NCBI GenBank assembly: GCA_046294665.1
Contig: JBKBKL010000002.1
Coordinates: forward strand, 6,328 to 70,327
From: Runella sp.
Lineage (GTDB): Bacteria > Bacteroidota > Bacteroidia > Cytophagales > Spirosomataceae
Length of the DNA: 64,000 nt
Direction of reading: 5' to 3'
The position numbers and the translations under genes were made by a program. Below the pieces are notes generated by a model. The model saw nothing but the letters and a program-made list of their open reading frames with translations. It ran no database searches and had not been told where the DNA came from. Positions 40,463-48,729 of the stretch are shown one piece after another (the stretch's first letter is position 1; each line of letters starts with the position of its first letter).

Positions 40463-41263
40463 ATGAAATTAACATTGAGTTTTGGCCATGTCGCCCGGTG
40501 TTTATGGGTTTTGAAAGGTTTTTGGCAAAGTCCAAAAATATTCAAAGGGGTATTTTATTTTTCACTTTTCACTTTTCACTTTTCACTTCCCGACCTCCAC
40601 GCCCAAACCCTCCAAGTGGTTACGAAGGTGGTCGAAAAAAACTTTAGTTATAAACCTTCCGAAAGCCTTCAAATATATGCCGAACGAAGTGATATAGAGT
40701 TGAGTACATGGAGCAAGCCAGAGGTGAGGGTCGTCATCGAACTCACGGCCAAACACCCCGAACGCCTTACTGCCGAGCGTGATTTGGAAACGATGCGGTA
40801 CGTGGCCGAAAAGTCTGGGAGAAGTATTTTGATGCGAAACTTCATCGTATTGCCTCCTTCGCGTGCCAAGCCACAGTCGAATCTCAAAGCGCGGTATGTG
40901 CTTATGGTGCCAGTACAGTGTCAAGTAGAAATCCAAAATAGTTTTGGAAAAACACTTTTGCGGGGACTCCAAAACGACACTCGGCTACGTACCGAATTTG
41001 GCAGTACCGAAATCACCGACCTCAAAGGTCGCCTGACCATCAATACCCATTTTGGCGAACTCAAAGTAGTTGATTTTGACGGAAACCTCAACATCAACGC
41101 CGAGCGAACAGCGATAATGATACAGGCCCCGAAAGGCGAGTGCCACGTCCGAACGCTTTATGGCAGCCTCGACCTCCAAGCCGACAAAACACAAGTCAAA
41201 CTCAACCTCGACACCCAATACACCGAAATACGCAACGGGACAGTGGCCAAAAAAAATGACTAA
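40463..41263 (+). CDS. DUF4097/adhesin-like beta-repeat secreted protein
   Basis: Repeats IQNSFGKT, LRTEFGST, INTHFGEL, VRTLYGSL; signal region contains (TTTTCAC)4. Confidence 0.7.
   Translation: MKLTLSFGHVARCLWVLKGFWQSPKIFKGVFYFSLFTFHFSLPDLHAQTLQVVTKVVEKNFSYKPSESLQIYAERSDIELSTWSKPEVRVVIELTAKHPERLTAERDLETMRYVAEKSGRSILMRNFIVLPPSRAKPQSNLKARYVLMVPVQCQVEIQNSFGKTLLRGLQNDTRLRTEFGSTEITDLKGRLTINTHFGELKVVDFDGNLNINAERTAIMIQAPKGECHVRTLYGSLDLQADKTQVKLNLDTQYTEIRNGTVAKKND
40559..40586 (+). repeat. (TTTTCAC)4 heptamer tract inside the signal-peptide coding region
   Basis: Four perfect copies encoding FSLFTFHFSL. Confidence 0.85.
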
Positions 41264-41295
41264 AGCACAGTTTAATCAACCAAAGTTTTTCGACT

Positions 41296-42756
41296 ATGAA
41301 AACCCAACTTTACAGCCGTTTTTGCGTGAAACATTCCGCTTCTCTGAAGCGGTGGGCGAGGGGAGGATGCTCATTTTGCTACAAAGGTGAGGCTTCTCCG
41401 AAGCCCTCATCCTTGAGTCGCTTCGGAGAAGTGCCAACATTTGTAGCCCAAGTGCTCAAATCTACCTCCAGAAGCTTCGGAGAAGCACAACGTTGCGCGC
41501 TTCTTATACTCTGCTCGTTATTTTTTCTTTTTCATGCTTCACCCATTTGGTCGCAAGACACCCTGCGCTACTCCCAAGAAAACGGCATACTTGAAAAACA
41601 ACGCTTCATAGACCGCTACGACTATGTGTTTATGACCAAAGAGCCGACCAAGTGGATGTTGCGTGTGGGGGGGGCTTCGAGTATTGCCCGAGGCGGTCTG
41701 AATGCCACATTCGAGTACAAAATCTCTCCTTCATTTTCTGTTTTGGCAGGAGGAAGTTTTAGCTCATACTCTTCTCTAAGTGGATTGATAGGAAACGTGT
41801 ATGGCGGTACGCGCTACTACTACGACATGAAAAAGCGCATGGAAGAAGGTAAAAATGCCAATAATTTCACTGGTAACTATTTTGGAATCATGGGGCTTTA
41901 CTACTTGAACAGACGCTCAAGGAGAGATTATTTCCCGAGTGAGTGGGGGAGATGGAGCAATGTCGAAAACTCCATAGAGCTACAATGGGGTATGCAGCGC
42001 CGCTTCTTCAATCGAGGCTTTGCTGATTTTGGGCTTTCTTTAGGTGGTCGAAAAATCGCTGAAAATGATTTTTCAGGCAGTTGGAGCAATGAAGATATTC
42101 GCAACGAGCTATTCATCGAAAGTTTTTGGAGTGTAGGTTTGGCTTTTGGTGATTTCAAAAAGAAAAAGCTACCCCCTCTCTGCGATGTACTCAAATGCTA
42201 CGAAACCAACCGAAGCCTCTGGAAAATCGCATGGCCTAATTTTTTTGTGGGGCAAAGATTCCAAATAGCTTCTACTTCATTGGCGTATGAGCGTCAAATC
42301 GCACGGTCTGATTTTTCAATCAATCTACAAAATAACTTTTTAGTACGAAATCAATCAATACTATCAAGTTCAAACCCCACACAGCCGATGTTAGATGGGG
42401 AAAATTTGTATCTTCTTTCGACGAGTTACCTTCAGGCACGTTATTATTGGGGCAAAAGAAGCAGGAAAGAACGTTTGGAGGGTAGTCCTTCGCTTACGGG
42501 TGGGTATTTAGGTATGGCTTTGTTGCATATTTACGAAGGGAATAGTAATGATTCGGGAGGTAATAAACGATATATCAACCGCTACAATGGCGTTGAGATA
42601 GGCCCTTCGATAGGCTATCAGCAAAAACTATTTAGCAGAGGGTATCTTGATTTTGGCTTGACCATCGGCAAAACTATTTTCAGATTCGACGATTTTGGCC
42701 CAGCGTCGGGGACTTATGGTTTTCGGTCAAGTTTCAAAATCGGCTTTGCATTTTGA
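41296..42756 (+). CDS. Outer membrane protein with two tandem beta-barrel-like domains
   Basis: Internal duplication (TRYYY/ARYYW; MQRRFFNRGFADFGLSLG/YQQKLFSRGYLDFGLTIG; VGLAF/IGFAF); C-terminal Phe. Confidence 0.7.
   Translation: MKTQLYSRFCVKHSASLKRWARGGCSFCYKGEASPKPSSLSRFGEVPTFVAQVLKSTSRSFGEAQRCALLILCSLFFLFHASPIWSQDTLRYSQENGILEKQRFIDRYDYVFMTKEPTKWMLRVGGASSIARGGLNATFEYKISPSFSVLAGGSFSSYSSLSGLIGNVYGGTRYYYDMKKRMEEGKNANNFTGNYFGIMGLYYLNRRSRRDYFPSEWGRWSNVENSIELQWGMQRRFFNRGFADFGLSLGGRKIAENDFSGSWSNEDIRNELFIESFWSVGLAFGDFKKKKLPPLCDVLKCYETNRSLWKIAWPNFFVGQRFQIASTSLAYERQIARSDFSINLQNNFLVRNQSILSSSNPTQPMLDGENLYLLSTSYLQARYYWGKRSRKERLEGSPSLTGGYLGMALLHIYEGNSNDSGGNKRYINRYNGVEIGPSIGYQQKLFSRGYLDFGLTIGKTIFRFDDFGPASGTYGFRSSFKIGFAF
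41336..41495. repeat. Cluster of REP-like hairpins in the 5' coding region
   Basis: CCGCTTC-tct-GAAGCGG (41336-41352); inverted pair GCTACAAA..CTTCTCCGAAGC (41378-41404) and GCTTCGGAGAAG..TTTGTAGC (41420-41447); another GCTTCGGAGAAGC at 41474. Confidence 0.75.
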
Positions 42757-42829
42757 AAATTTTGGAGAAGAAAAATAGCTGATGTTACGTCTTTCCGAAG
42801 CCTTCAAATGTGTCCATTTTGTAATACCC

Positions 42830-42915
42830 CCAAAGCCTCGGAGAGGCGCAAGTTTTGTAGAGAAAAATACCCCAAAACCACCAAAGCCTCGGAGAGGCGC
42901 AAGTTTTGTAGAGAA
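42830..42915. repeat. Two identical 35-bp REP-like direct repeats
   Basis: CCAAAGCCTCGGAGAGGCGCAAGTTTTGTAGAGAA at 42830 and 42881; a decayed inverted partner lies near 42775-42804. Confidence 0.88.
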
Positions 42916-42971
42916 GTTTTTATGCAAAAAAATAATACAAACCATTTCCGATTTTAAAAATCAAATCAACT

Positions 42972-43544
42972 ATGAAAAAAAAGTTAATCATCATCTCGTT
43001 TCTTTTCCTATGGTTAGGTATTGAAAATAGTTTTGCACAAGACCGCAAAACCTTCTTGGGAGCAGGATATGGCATCGAAACCAACGTGGGCTTTCACGGG
43101 TTACAATGGACGCTCGAAAGGGTTCTTTTCCAAAAAAATCGTTTTTCGGTTTTGGGTTCTTACAATTTCTTTCACTCCATAGATCTTCCAGACCGTCGTT
43201 ATGACTTTGCTAAACAATATTTCCATGCCCACCAGTTTGATTTGGAAGCACAGTATGTATTCAATAAGTCTGAAAACGGCAATGGGTTTCGGGTACATGG
43301 AGGCTTGGTGCTGGCACCTACTCGCTATCAATACGTTTGGTTTTTTGAAATGACAGGAGGGGTAGTCCGAAATGTAAGGCTCGAAACCCAACCATTCGAA
43401 ATCCAGCGAGGCATCAAGCTCGGCGTAGGGTATCAGTTTTCGGCAGGGCGTTCACCTATTGTATTAGATTTGTCCATGCGGAGTACTACACTGTTTCCTC
43501 GAGAACCCAACATGGTCCATTTGGGCGTAAAAGTGGGGTTTTAG
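42972..43544 (+). CDS. Small outer membrane beta-barrel-like protein
   Basis: Signal peptide, alternating amphipathic strands, C-terminal GVKVGF. Confidence 0.7.
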   Translation: MKKKLIIISFLFLWLGIENSFAQDRKTFLGAGYGIETNVGFHGLQWTLERVLFQKNRFSVLGSYNFFHSIDLPDRRYDFAKQYFHAHQFDLEAQYVFNKSENGNGFRVHGGLVLAPTRYQYVWFFEMTGGVVRNVRLETQPFEIQRGIKLGVGYQFSAGRSPIVLDLSMRSTTLFPREPNMVHLGVKVGF

Positions 43545-43660
43545 GTTAGGTATTTTTTGTTGTAAAATTTCAATAAAATATAAAAATGATACAACAAATG
43601 GGCAAAGTATAGGGTTTATGTAAATAGCATGGCTTACGAACTCATGGAGGCCAATGCTAT

Positions 43661-45985
43661 TTGTCCAATTCCAAACACTTTGTTTATATGCACTATTCCC
43701 CCGGCATTTTGAGCGTTTTGCCTATTTTTTATGTAGGCTGGTCCGATTCGGTACTGAGTCCGTCAGAGATGAAGGCGATTCAGGCATTTATCGAAAAAAT
43801 TCCGCATCTGACACAAGAAGACAAACAAATCCTCCAATCGTGGGCTGATCAACGCCACCCGCCCAGCAAGGAGACCTTTGCCGAATGGAAGCATATTTTA
43901 CAAAAACACGCCAAAACCCTCGCCCCTGCCCAGCGGCGTAGTTTGGTGGATATTGGCGTAGCTATGGCCCAAAAATCCATGTCGGCATCTTCTTCAGAAG
44001 CCACTCCAAACCCTGCTCTAAGAGAGGCAGTAGAAGCGTTTGAGCATCTGATGGGCTTAGACAATCATACTTCCAAGCAGTCTTTTTATCATAGTATTTG
44101 GCCACAGCTCGACGACGAATTTGTAGAGGCCGGCTTTAGTCCTCAAAAACTCCAAGCCATACTCGATGGGCCTTTTGCCCCACTCAAAGAACGTACCAAA
44201 ACGCTGCTTCTCGATGAAGCCTTCCGTGTGCCTACCGACCTGCGCCACAAGGACGAACTACGACTAAAAATCTTAGAACAATGCCGCTACCTTGCCCAGC
44301 AGGGGCTGGGGAGCTATGCCTTCCCGAAAGAGTACGGTGGCAGTGGCTCAACAGGCGGCAGCACGGCTATTTTTGAAACCTTGGCCTTAGGCAATTTGAG
44401 TTTGCTTATCAAGTTTGGTGTGCAGTTTGGGTTGTTTGGGGGGGCGGTATATCAGTTGGGTACGGAGCAGCATCATCGTTTGTACTTAGAAAAACTAAGC
44501 CACCTCGACTTAGCAGGGTGCTTTGCTATGACCGAAACGGGCCACGGCTCCAACGTGCGCGATCTCGAAACTACCGCTACCTACCAGCATGATACTCGCA
44601 CTATCGTTGTACATTCTCCTACACCTACTGCCGGCAAAGAGTACATTGGCAATGCCCTCCACAGCCATATCGCGGCGGTATTTTGCCAGTTGATAGTCAA
44701 TGGCCAAAACCACGGAATCCACACCATACTGGTACCTCTGCGCGACCAAAACCACCAAACACTGCCCGGCATCACCATCAAAGACAATGGCTACAAAATG
44801 GGCCTCAATGGCGTGGACAATGGCAGAATATGGTTCGACAATGTCCATGTACCCGTCGAAAACTTACTGAATCGCTACGGAAGTATCACCGAAAATGGTC
44901 AATACCATAGCCCTATCCAAAACCCCTCCAAACGCTTCTTTACGATGCTGGGGGCTTTGGTGGGCGGGCGCGTGTCGGTAGCTTTGGGAGCCAATACCGC
45001 CGCCAAAAAAGCCTTAGACATTGCCATCAGATACGCCCTCAAGAGGCGACAGTTTAAGACCCTCAGCGAAACCCAAGAAACCCTACTACTCGACTATCCT
45101 ACACACCAAGAACGGCTTTTTCCGCTATTGGCCAAAAGCTACGCCCTCACTTTTGCCCTCGAAACCCTCCGTCAAAAATTTGTAGAAAGTGCTGAATTAG
45201 AAGACAAACGTGAAGTTGAAGCTCTTGCTGCTGGCCTCAAAAGCTATGCTTCTTGGCACGCCACCGCCACTATCCAAGAATGTAGAGAAGCCTGCGGGGG
45301 CAAGGGCTATTTGGCCGAAAACGAACTCCCAGACCTCAAAGCCGATACCGATATTTTTGCCACTTTCGAGGGAGATAACTATGTGCTGCTCCAACTTTTG
45401 GCCAAATCTATCCTTACCGATTTCAAACAAGAGTTTAGCGATGGTGGCTTCATGGCAGTAGCGCGGCATTTGCTGCGGCGAGCCAGCAACCAATGGGCTG
45501 AATCCAATCCATTTTCATCGCGCAATACTGATGCCGAACACTTATTGAGTGCCGATTTCTTGACAGATGCCTTGCGCTATCGCCAACAAAAACTCCTCTT
45601 TTCGCTCTCCGACCGCTTGCGGAGTTTTATGAGCAAAAAACTCAATCCCAACGAGATTTTCCTACGTACCCAAACCCACATGATTGCCCTCGCTATGGCA
45701 TACGTAGAAAGGTTTGTCAATGAAGAATTTTTGAAAGTCATCGAAACCCTGCCCAACAACCCCGAAAAAATAGCCTTGCGACAGATGCAGCAGATTTTTG
45801 CCCTTGATGCTATCCACCGCGACCGAGGCTGGTATTTAGAAAACGATTATCTCAGCGGCGACAAATCGAAGGCCATACGCAAAGTACTCACTCACCTCTA
45901 CCGCCAACTCCGCCCCCAAGCCATAGGCTATGTCGAAGCCTTCGGAATCCCGGCAGTTTTGCGCAATGCCGAAATCGTGGGGTGA
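43661..45985 (+). CDS. Acyl-CoA oxidase/dehydrogenase with an extra N-terminal helical domain
   Basis: CFAMTETGHGSNV, KMGLNGVDNG, CREACGGKGY, TFEGDN; ACOX-like C-terminus. Confidence 0.88.
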   Translation: MSNSKHFVYMHYSPGILSVLPIFYVGWSDSVLSPSEMKAIQAFIEKIPHLTQEDKQILQSWADQRHPPSKETFAEWKHILQKHAKTLAPAQRRSLVDIGVAMAQKSMSASSSEATPNPALREAVEAFEHLMGLDNHTSKQSFYHSIWPQLDDEFVEAGFSPQKLQAILDGPFAPLKERTKTLLLDEAFRVPTDLRHKDELRLKILEQCRYLAQQGLGSYAFPKEYGGSGSTGGSTAIFETLALGNLSLLIKFGVQFGLFGGAVYQLGTEQHHRLYLEKLSHLDLAGCFAMTETGHGSNVRDLETTATYQHDTRTIVVHSPTPTAGKEYIGNALHSHIAAVFCQLIVNGQNHGIHTILVPLRDQNHQTLPGITIKDNGYKMGLNGVDNGRIWFDNVHVPVENLLNRYGSITENGQYHSPIQNPSKRFFTMLGALVGGRVSVALGANTAAKKALDIAIRYALKRRQFKTLSETQETLLLDYPTHQERLFPLLAKSYALTFALETLRQKFVESAELEDKREVEALAAGLKSYASWHATATIQECREACGGKGYLAENELPDLKADTDIFATFEGDNYVLLQLLAKSILTDFKQEFSDGGFMAVARHLLRRASNQWAESNPFSSRNTDAEHLLSADFLTDALRYRQQKLLFSLSDRLRSFMSKKLNPNEIFLRTQTHMIALAMAYVERFVNEEFLKVIETLPNNPEKIALRQMQQIFALDAIHRDRGWYLENDYLSGDKSKAIRKVLTHLYRQLRPQAIGYVEAFGIPAVLRNAEIVG

Positions 45986-46009
45986 AGGTTTTGAGCTTAT
46001 TTCCACCTA

Positions 46010-47461
46010 TCAAAACTGGAAGTAAATAAACTGGTTGGATTCAAATACGCCAAAGAAATAATTGACTACCACCAACACGACAAAAATGCCCCAGAAGGTT
46101 ATGTTGCTTCGAGTAGGAATCTGAAGGGCATAATGCTCTTTGACCAATAAAAAGACAATTAAAAACACACAAAACCACATCTCGACGCTGTTGAGTGCCG
46201 ATACGAGCGGGTCTTGCCACGAGAGTGTAAAGATTTTTTTGAGAATCATCAACGATGCCCGTACCTCCTCACCTACCGTAAGATGAGGCGCATCACCTAC
46301 CGCAAAAAACACCCACGTAAGCATCACCAACAAAAACGTAACGACCGTTTGTAGATAGCCGTACCATTGGTTTTGGGGTAATGCAATCTTGAAACGCTGT
46401 AAATACTTATCGCGCATGGAGGCAGCAATCAAATAAAACCCATGTAACCCTCCCCAAATAATAAAATTCCAACTGGCACCATGCCAAAGCCCACTGACCA
46501 AAAAGACCGTCATACGATTGAAGTACGCACGGCCTTCACTGGTGCGGTTGCCACCCATGGAGATATACAAATAATCTCTAAACCACGTAGAGAGCGAAAT
46601 GTGCCATCGCCCCCAAAACTCGGCGATGGATTTGGAGAAATACGGCGTTCGGAAGTTTTCCATGAGCCGAAAGCCCATCACTTGTGCCGCTCCGATGGCG
46701 ATGTCGGAGTAGCCCGAAAAATCGCAGTAAATCCGAAAACTATAAAAAAAAGTAGCCACCAGCAGCGTGAGGCCATTGTGGTTTTCAGGATTCTGAAAAA
46801 CTGGCCCCTGCATGAGCGCGAGGCGATCGGCCACCACTACCTTTTTGAAAAAACCAAAGGCCATGCGCATCAGACCGGCTTTTACGTTTTCCCAGTCGTA
46901 GGCATGAAACGCATGAAACTGATGCAGTACGTTTTGGGGGCGTTCGATAGGCCCTGCCACCAACTGCGGGTAAAACATCACATACAGTGCATAAATGCCA
47001 AAATGACGCTCGGATTTTTGGTTGCCCCGATACACCTCTATCGTATAGCTCATGGCCTGAAACGTGTGAAACGATAATCCTATGGGCAAAATCAAGTCGG
47101 GATTGAGATGCTTGAGAATAGGCAAGCTAAAACCCAAGTCCATTTTCCAACTGACGACATTGAAACTCTCGGCCAAAAAATCAAAATACTTGAAAAGAGC
47201 CAAAATACCAACATTGGTGATAATACTTAGCACCAGCAGCCATTTGCGGCGCGCACCTTGGGCATTTTCGATCCATATCCCCGCAAAATAGTCTATGACA
47301 ATCGTTACAAACAGAATCAGAATATATATTGGCTTGAAAACCATGTAGAAATAACAACTCGCCAACAATAGCAACAACCAACGACCCCTCGGTGGCAAGC
47401 TGAAATACGCCAACGTAACGACTATGAAAAAAAGCAGGAACTGAACAGAATTGAAAAGCAT
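46010..47461 (-). CDS. MBOAT O-acyltransferase (AlgI/PatA type)
   Basis: MLFNS, LPIGLSFHTFQ, PQLVAGPIER, DFSGYSDIAIG, FWGRWHISLSTWFRDY, SGLWHGA. Confidence 0.93.
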   Translation of the reverse strand: MLFNSVQFLLFFIVVTLAYFSLPPRGRWLLLLLASCYFYMVFKPIYILILFVTIVIDYFAGIWIENAQGARRKWLLVLSIITNVGILALFKYFDFLAESFNVVSWKMDLGFSLPILKHLNPDLILPIGLSFHTFQAMSYTIEVYRGNQKSERHFGIYALYVMFYPQLVAGPIERPQNVLHQFHAFHAYDWENVKAGLMRMAFGFFKKVVVADRLALMQGPVFQNPENHNGLTLLVATFFYSFRIYCDFSGYSDIAIGAAQVMGFRLMENFRTPYFSKSIAEFWGRWHISLSTWFRDYLYISMGGNRTSEGRAYFNRMTVFLVSGLWHGASWNFIIWGGLHGFYLIAASMRDKYLQRFKIALPQNQWYGYLQTVVTFLLVMLTWVFFAVGDAPHLTVGEEVRASLMILKKIFTLSWQDPLVSALNSVEMWFCVFLIVFLLVKEHYALQIPTRSNITFWGIFVVLVVVNYFFGVFESNQFIYFQF

Positions 47462-47509
47462 GAAAACGATTGATTTTTATAAACCTCCCTTACAACAAGC
47501 TATTAATCC

Positions 47510-47723
47510 GACTTTAGACTTTAGACTTTGGACTTTAGACTTTGGACTTTAGACTTTAGACTTCGGACTTTAGACTTCGGACTTTAGACTTCGGGCTTTA
47601 GACTTTGGGCTTTAGACTTTGGGCTTTAGACTTTGGACTTTAGACTTCGGACTTTCGACTTTGGACTTTGGACTTTCGACTTTGGACTTTCGACTTTAGA
47701 CTTTGGACTTTAGACTTTGGACT
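47510..47723. repeat. Heptamer tandem array, 30 copies of consensus GACTTTR
   Basis: GACTTTA/GACTTTG/GACTTCG/GGCTTTA/GACTTTC units in unbroken 7-bp phase; overlaps the stop codon of the GT2 gene. Confidence 0.95.
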
Positions 47724-48657
47724 CCCCTTCCACTATTTCCTCTTTGATGATGAACAGAGGGCGGTTTTTTGATTGAAAAAAAATACGCAGTACATACTCC
47801 CCGATGATACCCAATGCCATGAGTTGTACGCCACTGAACAAAATAATGACAAACAACAAAGCCGTGAAACCTTCTATGACTTCGGCAAAGAAAAGTTTTT
47901 TGACCAATACAATCACAAAGTACACCAACGCTATCAATATGGCTGCGCCTCCGGCACGGGTCATAAATTTAACCGGAAACTCACTAAAATTGAAGATGCC
48001 ATTGTAGGCCAATCGGAAGAGTTGTTTGAACGAATACTTGGAGCTACCTGCTACCCGCTCGCTACGCGCATACTCTAAGCCTATCTGCTTGAAGCCCACC
48101 CACGAGCGCATACCGCGCAAGAAGCGGCTTTCTTCGGGCATCTGATTGAGTACATCGGCTACACGCCTGCTGATGAGGGCAAAATCGCCACTATCGAGCG
48201 GAATATCAATGTACGAAATTGTCTTGAGTAAGCGATAAAACAAATAGTAGCCTGTTTTTTTGATGATGTTTTCTTTGCGCTTTCGCCGCACAGCATACAC
48301 TACGTCGTAGCCTTCTTGGAGTTTTTGGTAAAAATCAGGCAGCAGTTCGGGCGGGTCTTGGAGGTCGCCGTCTATGATAAAGAGAGCCTCGCTGCCACGC
48401 GCTTTGGCCAATCCAGCCGTAAGAGCCAGTTGGTGGCCGTGATTGCGCGATAGAAACACCCCATGAAAACGCGGGTCGGTCAAGGCGATTTGGCGCATGA
48501 GCAAGGCCGTATCGTCGCGGCTGCCGTCGTCCACCAGTACGACTTCGACGCGCTGGGGCAGGCTATCCATGAGTACTGTGAGGCGTTGGATCAAATGCGG
48601 CAGTGATTCGGACTCGTTGTAGAGCGGAGCAATGATAGAGATTTGGGGAGTAGCCAA
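47710..48657 (-). CDS. GT2 polyprenol-phosphate glycosyltransferase (GtrB-like), copy 1
   Basis: PLYNE, VDDGSRD, SRNHGHQ, IDGDLQDPPE, two C-terminal TMs, LGIIGEY. Confidence 0.92.
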   Translation of the reverse strand: MATPQISIIAPLYNESESLPHLIQRLTVLMDSLPQRVEVVLVDDGSRDDTALLMRQIALTDPRFHGVFLSRNHGHQLALTAGLAKARGSEALFIIDGDLQDPPELLPDFYQKLQEGYDVVYAVRRKRKENIIKKTGYYLFYRLLKTISYIDIPLDSGDFALISRRVADVLNQMPEESRFLRGMRSWVGFKQIGLEYARSERVAGSSKYSFKQLFRLAYNGIFNFSEFPVKFMTRAGGAAILIALVYFVIVLVKKLFFAEVIEGFTALLFVIILFSGVQLMALGIIGEYVLRIFFQSKNRPLFIIKEEIVEGESKV

Positions 48658-48729
48658 GATGGTAGCGTTTTGGTGAATAATCTTGCGATGCGTACAAAAT
48701 TAGTCAAAACCTCCAAGTATCGGCCATTT

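Noticed and set aside
42727-43024. Short ORFs with repeated peptides (PKPRRGASFVEK / STKLAPLRGFGG)
   Set aside because: They are translations of the 35-bp DNA repeats, with no independent coding evidence.
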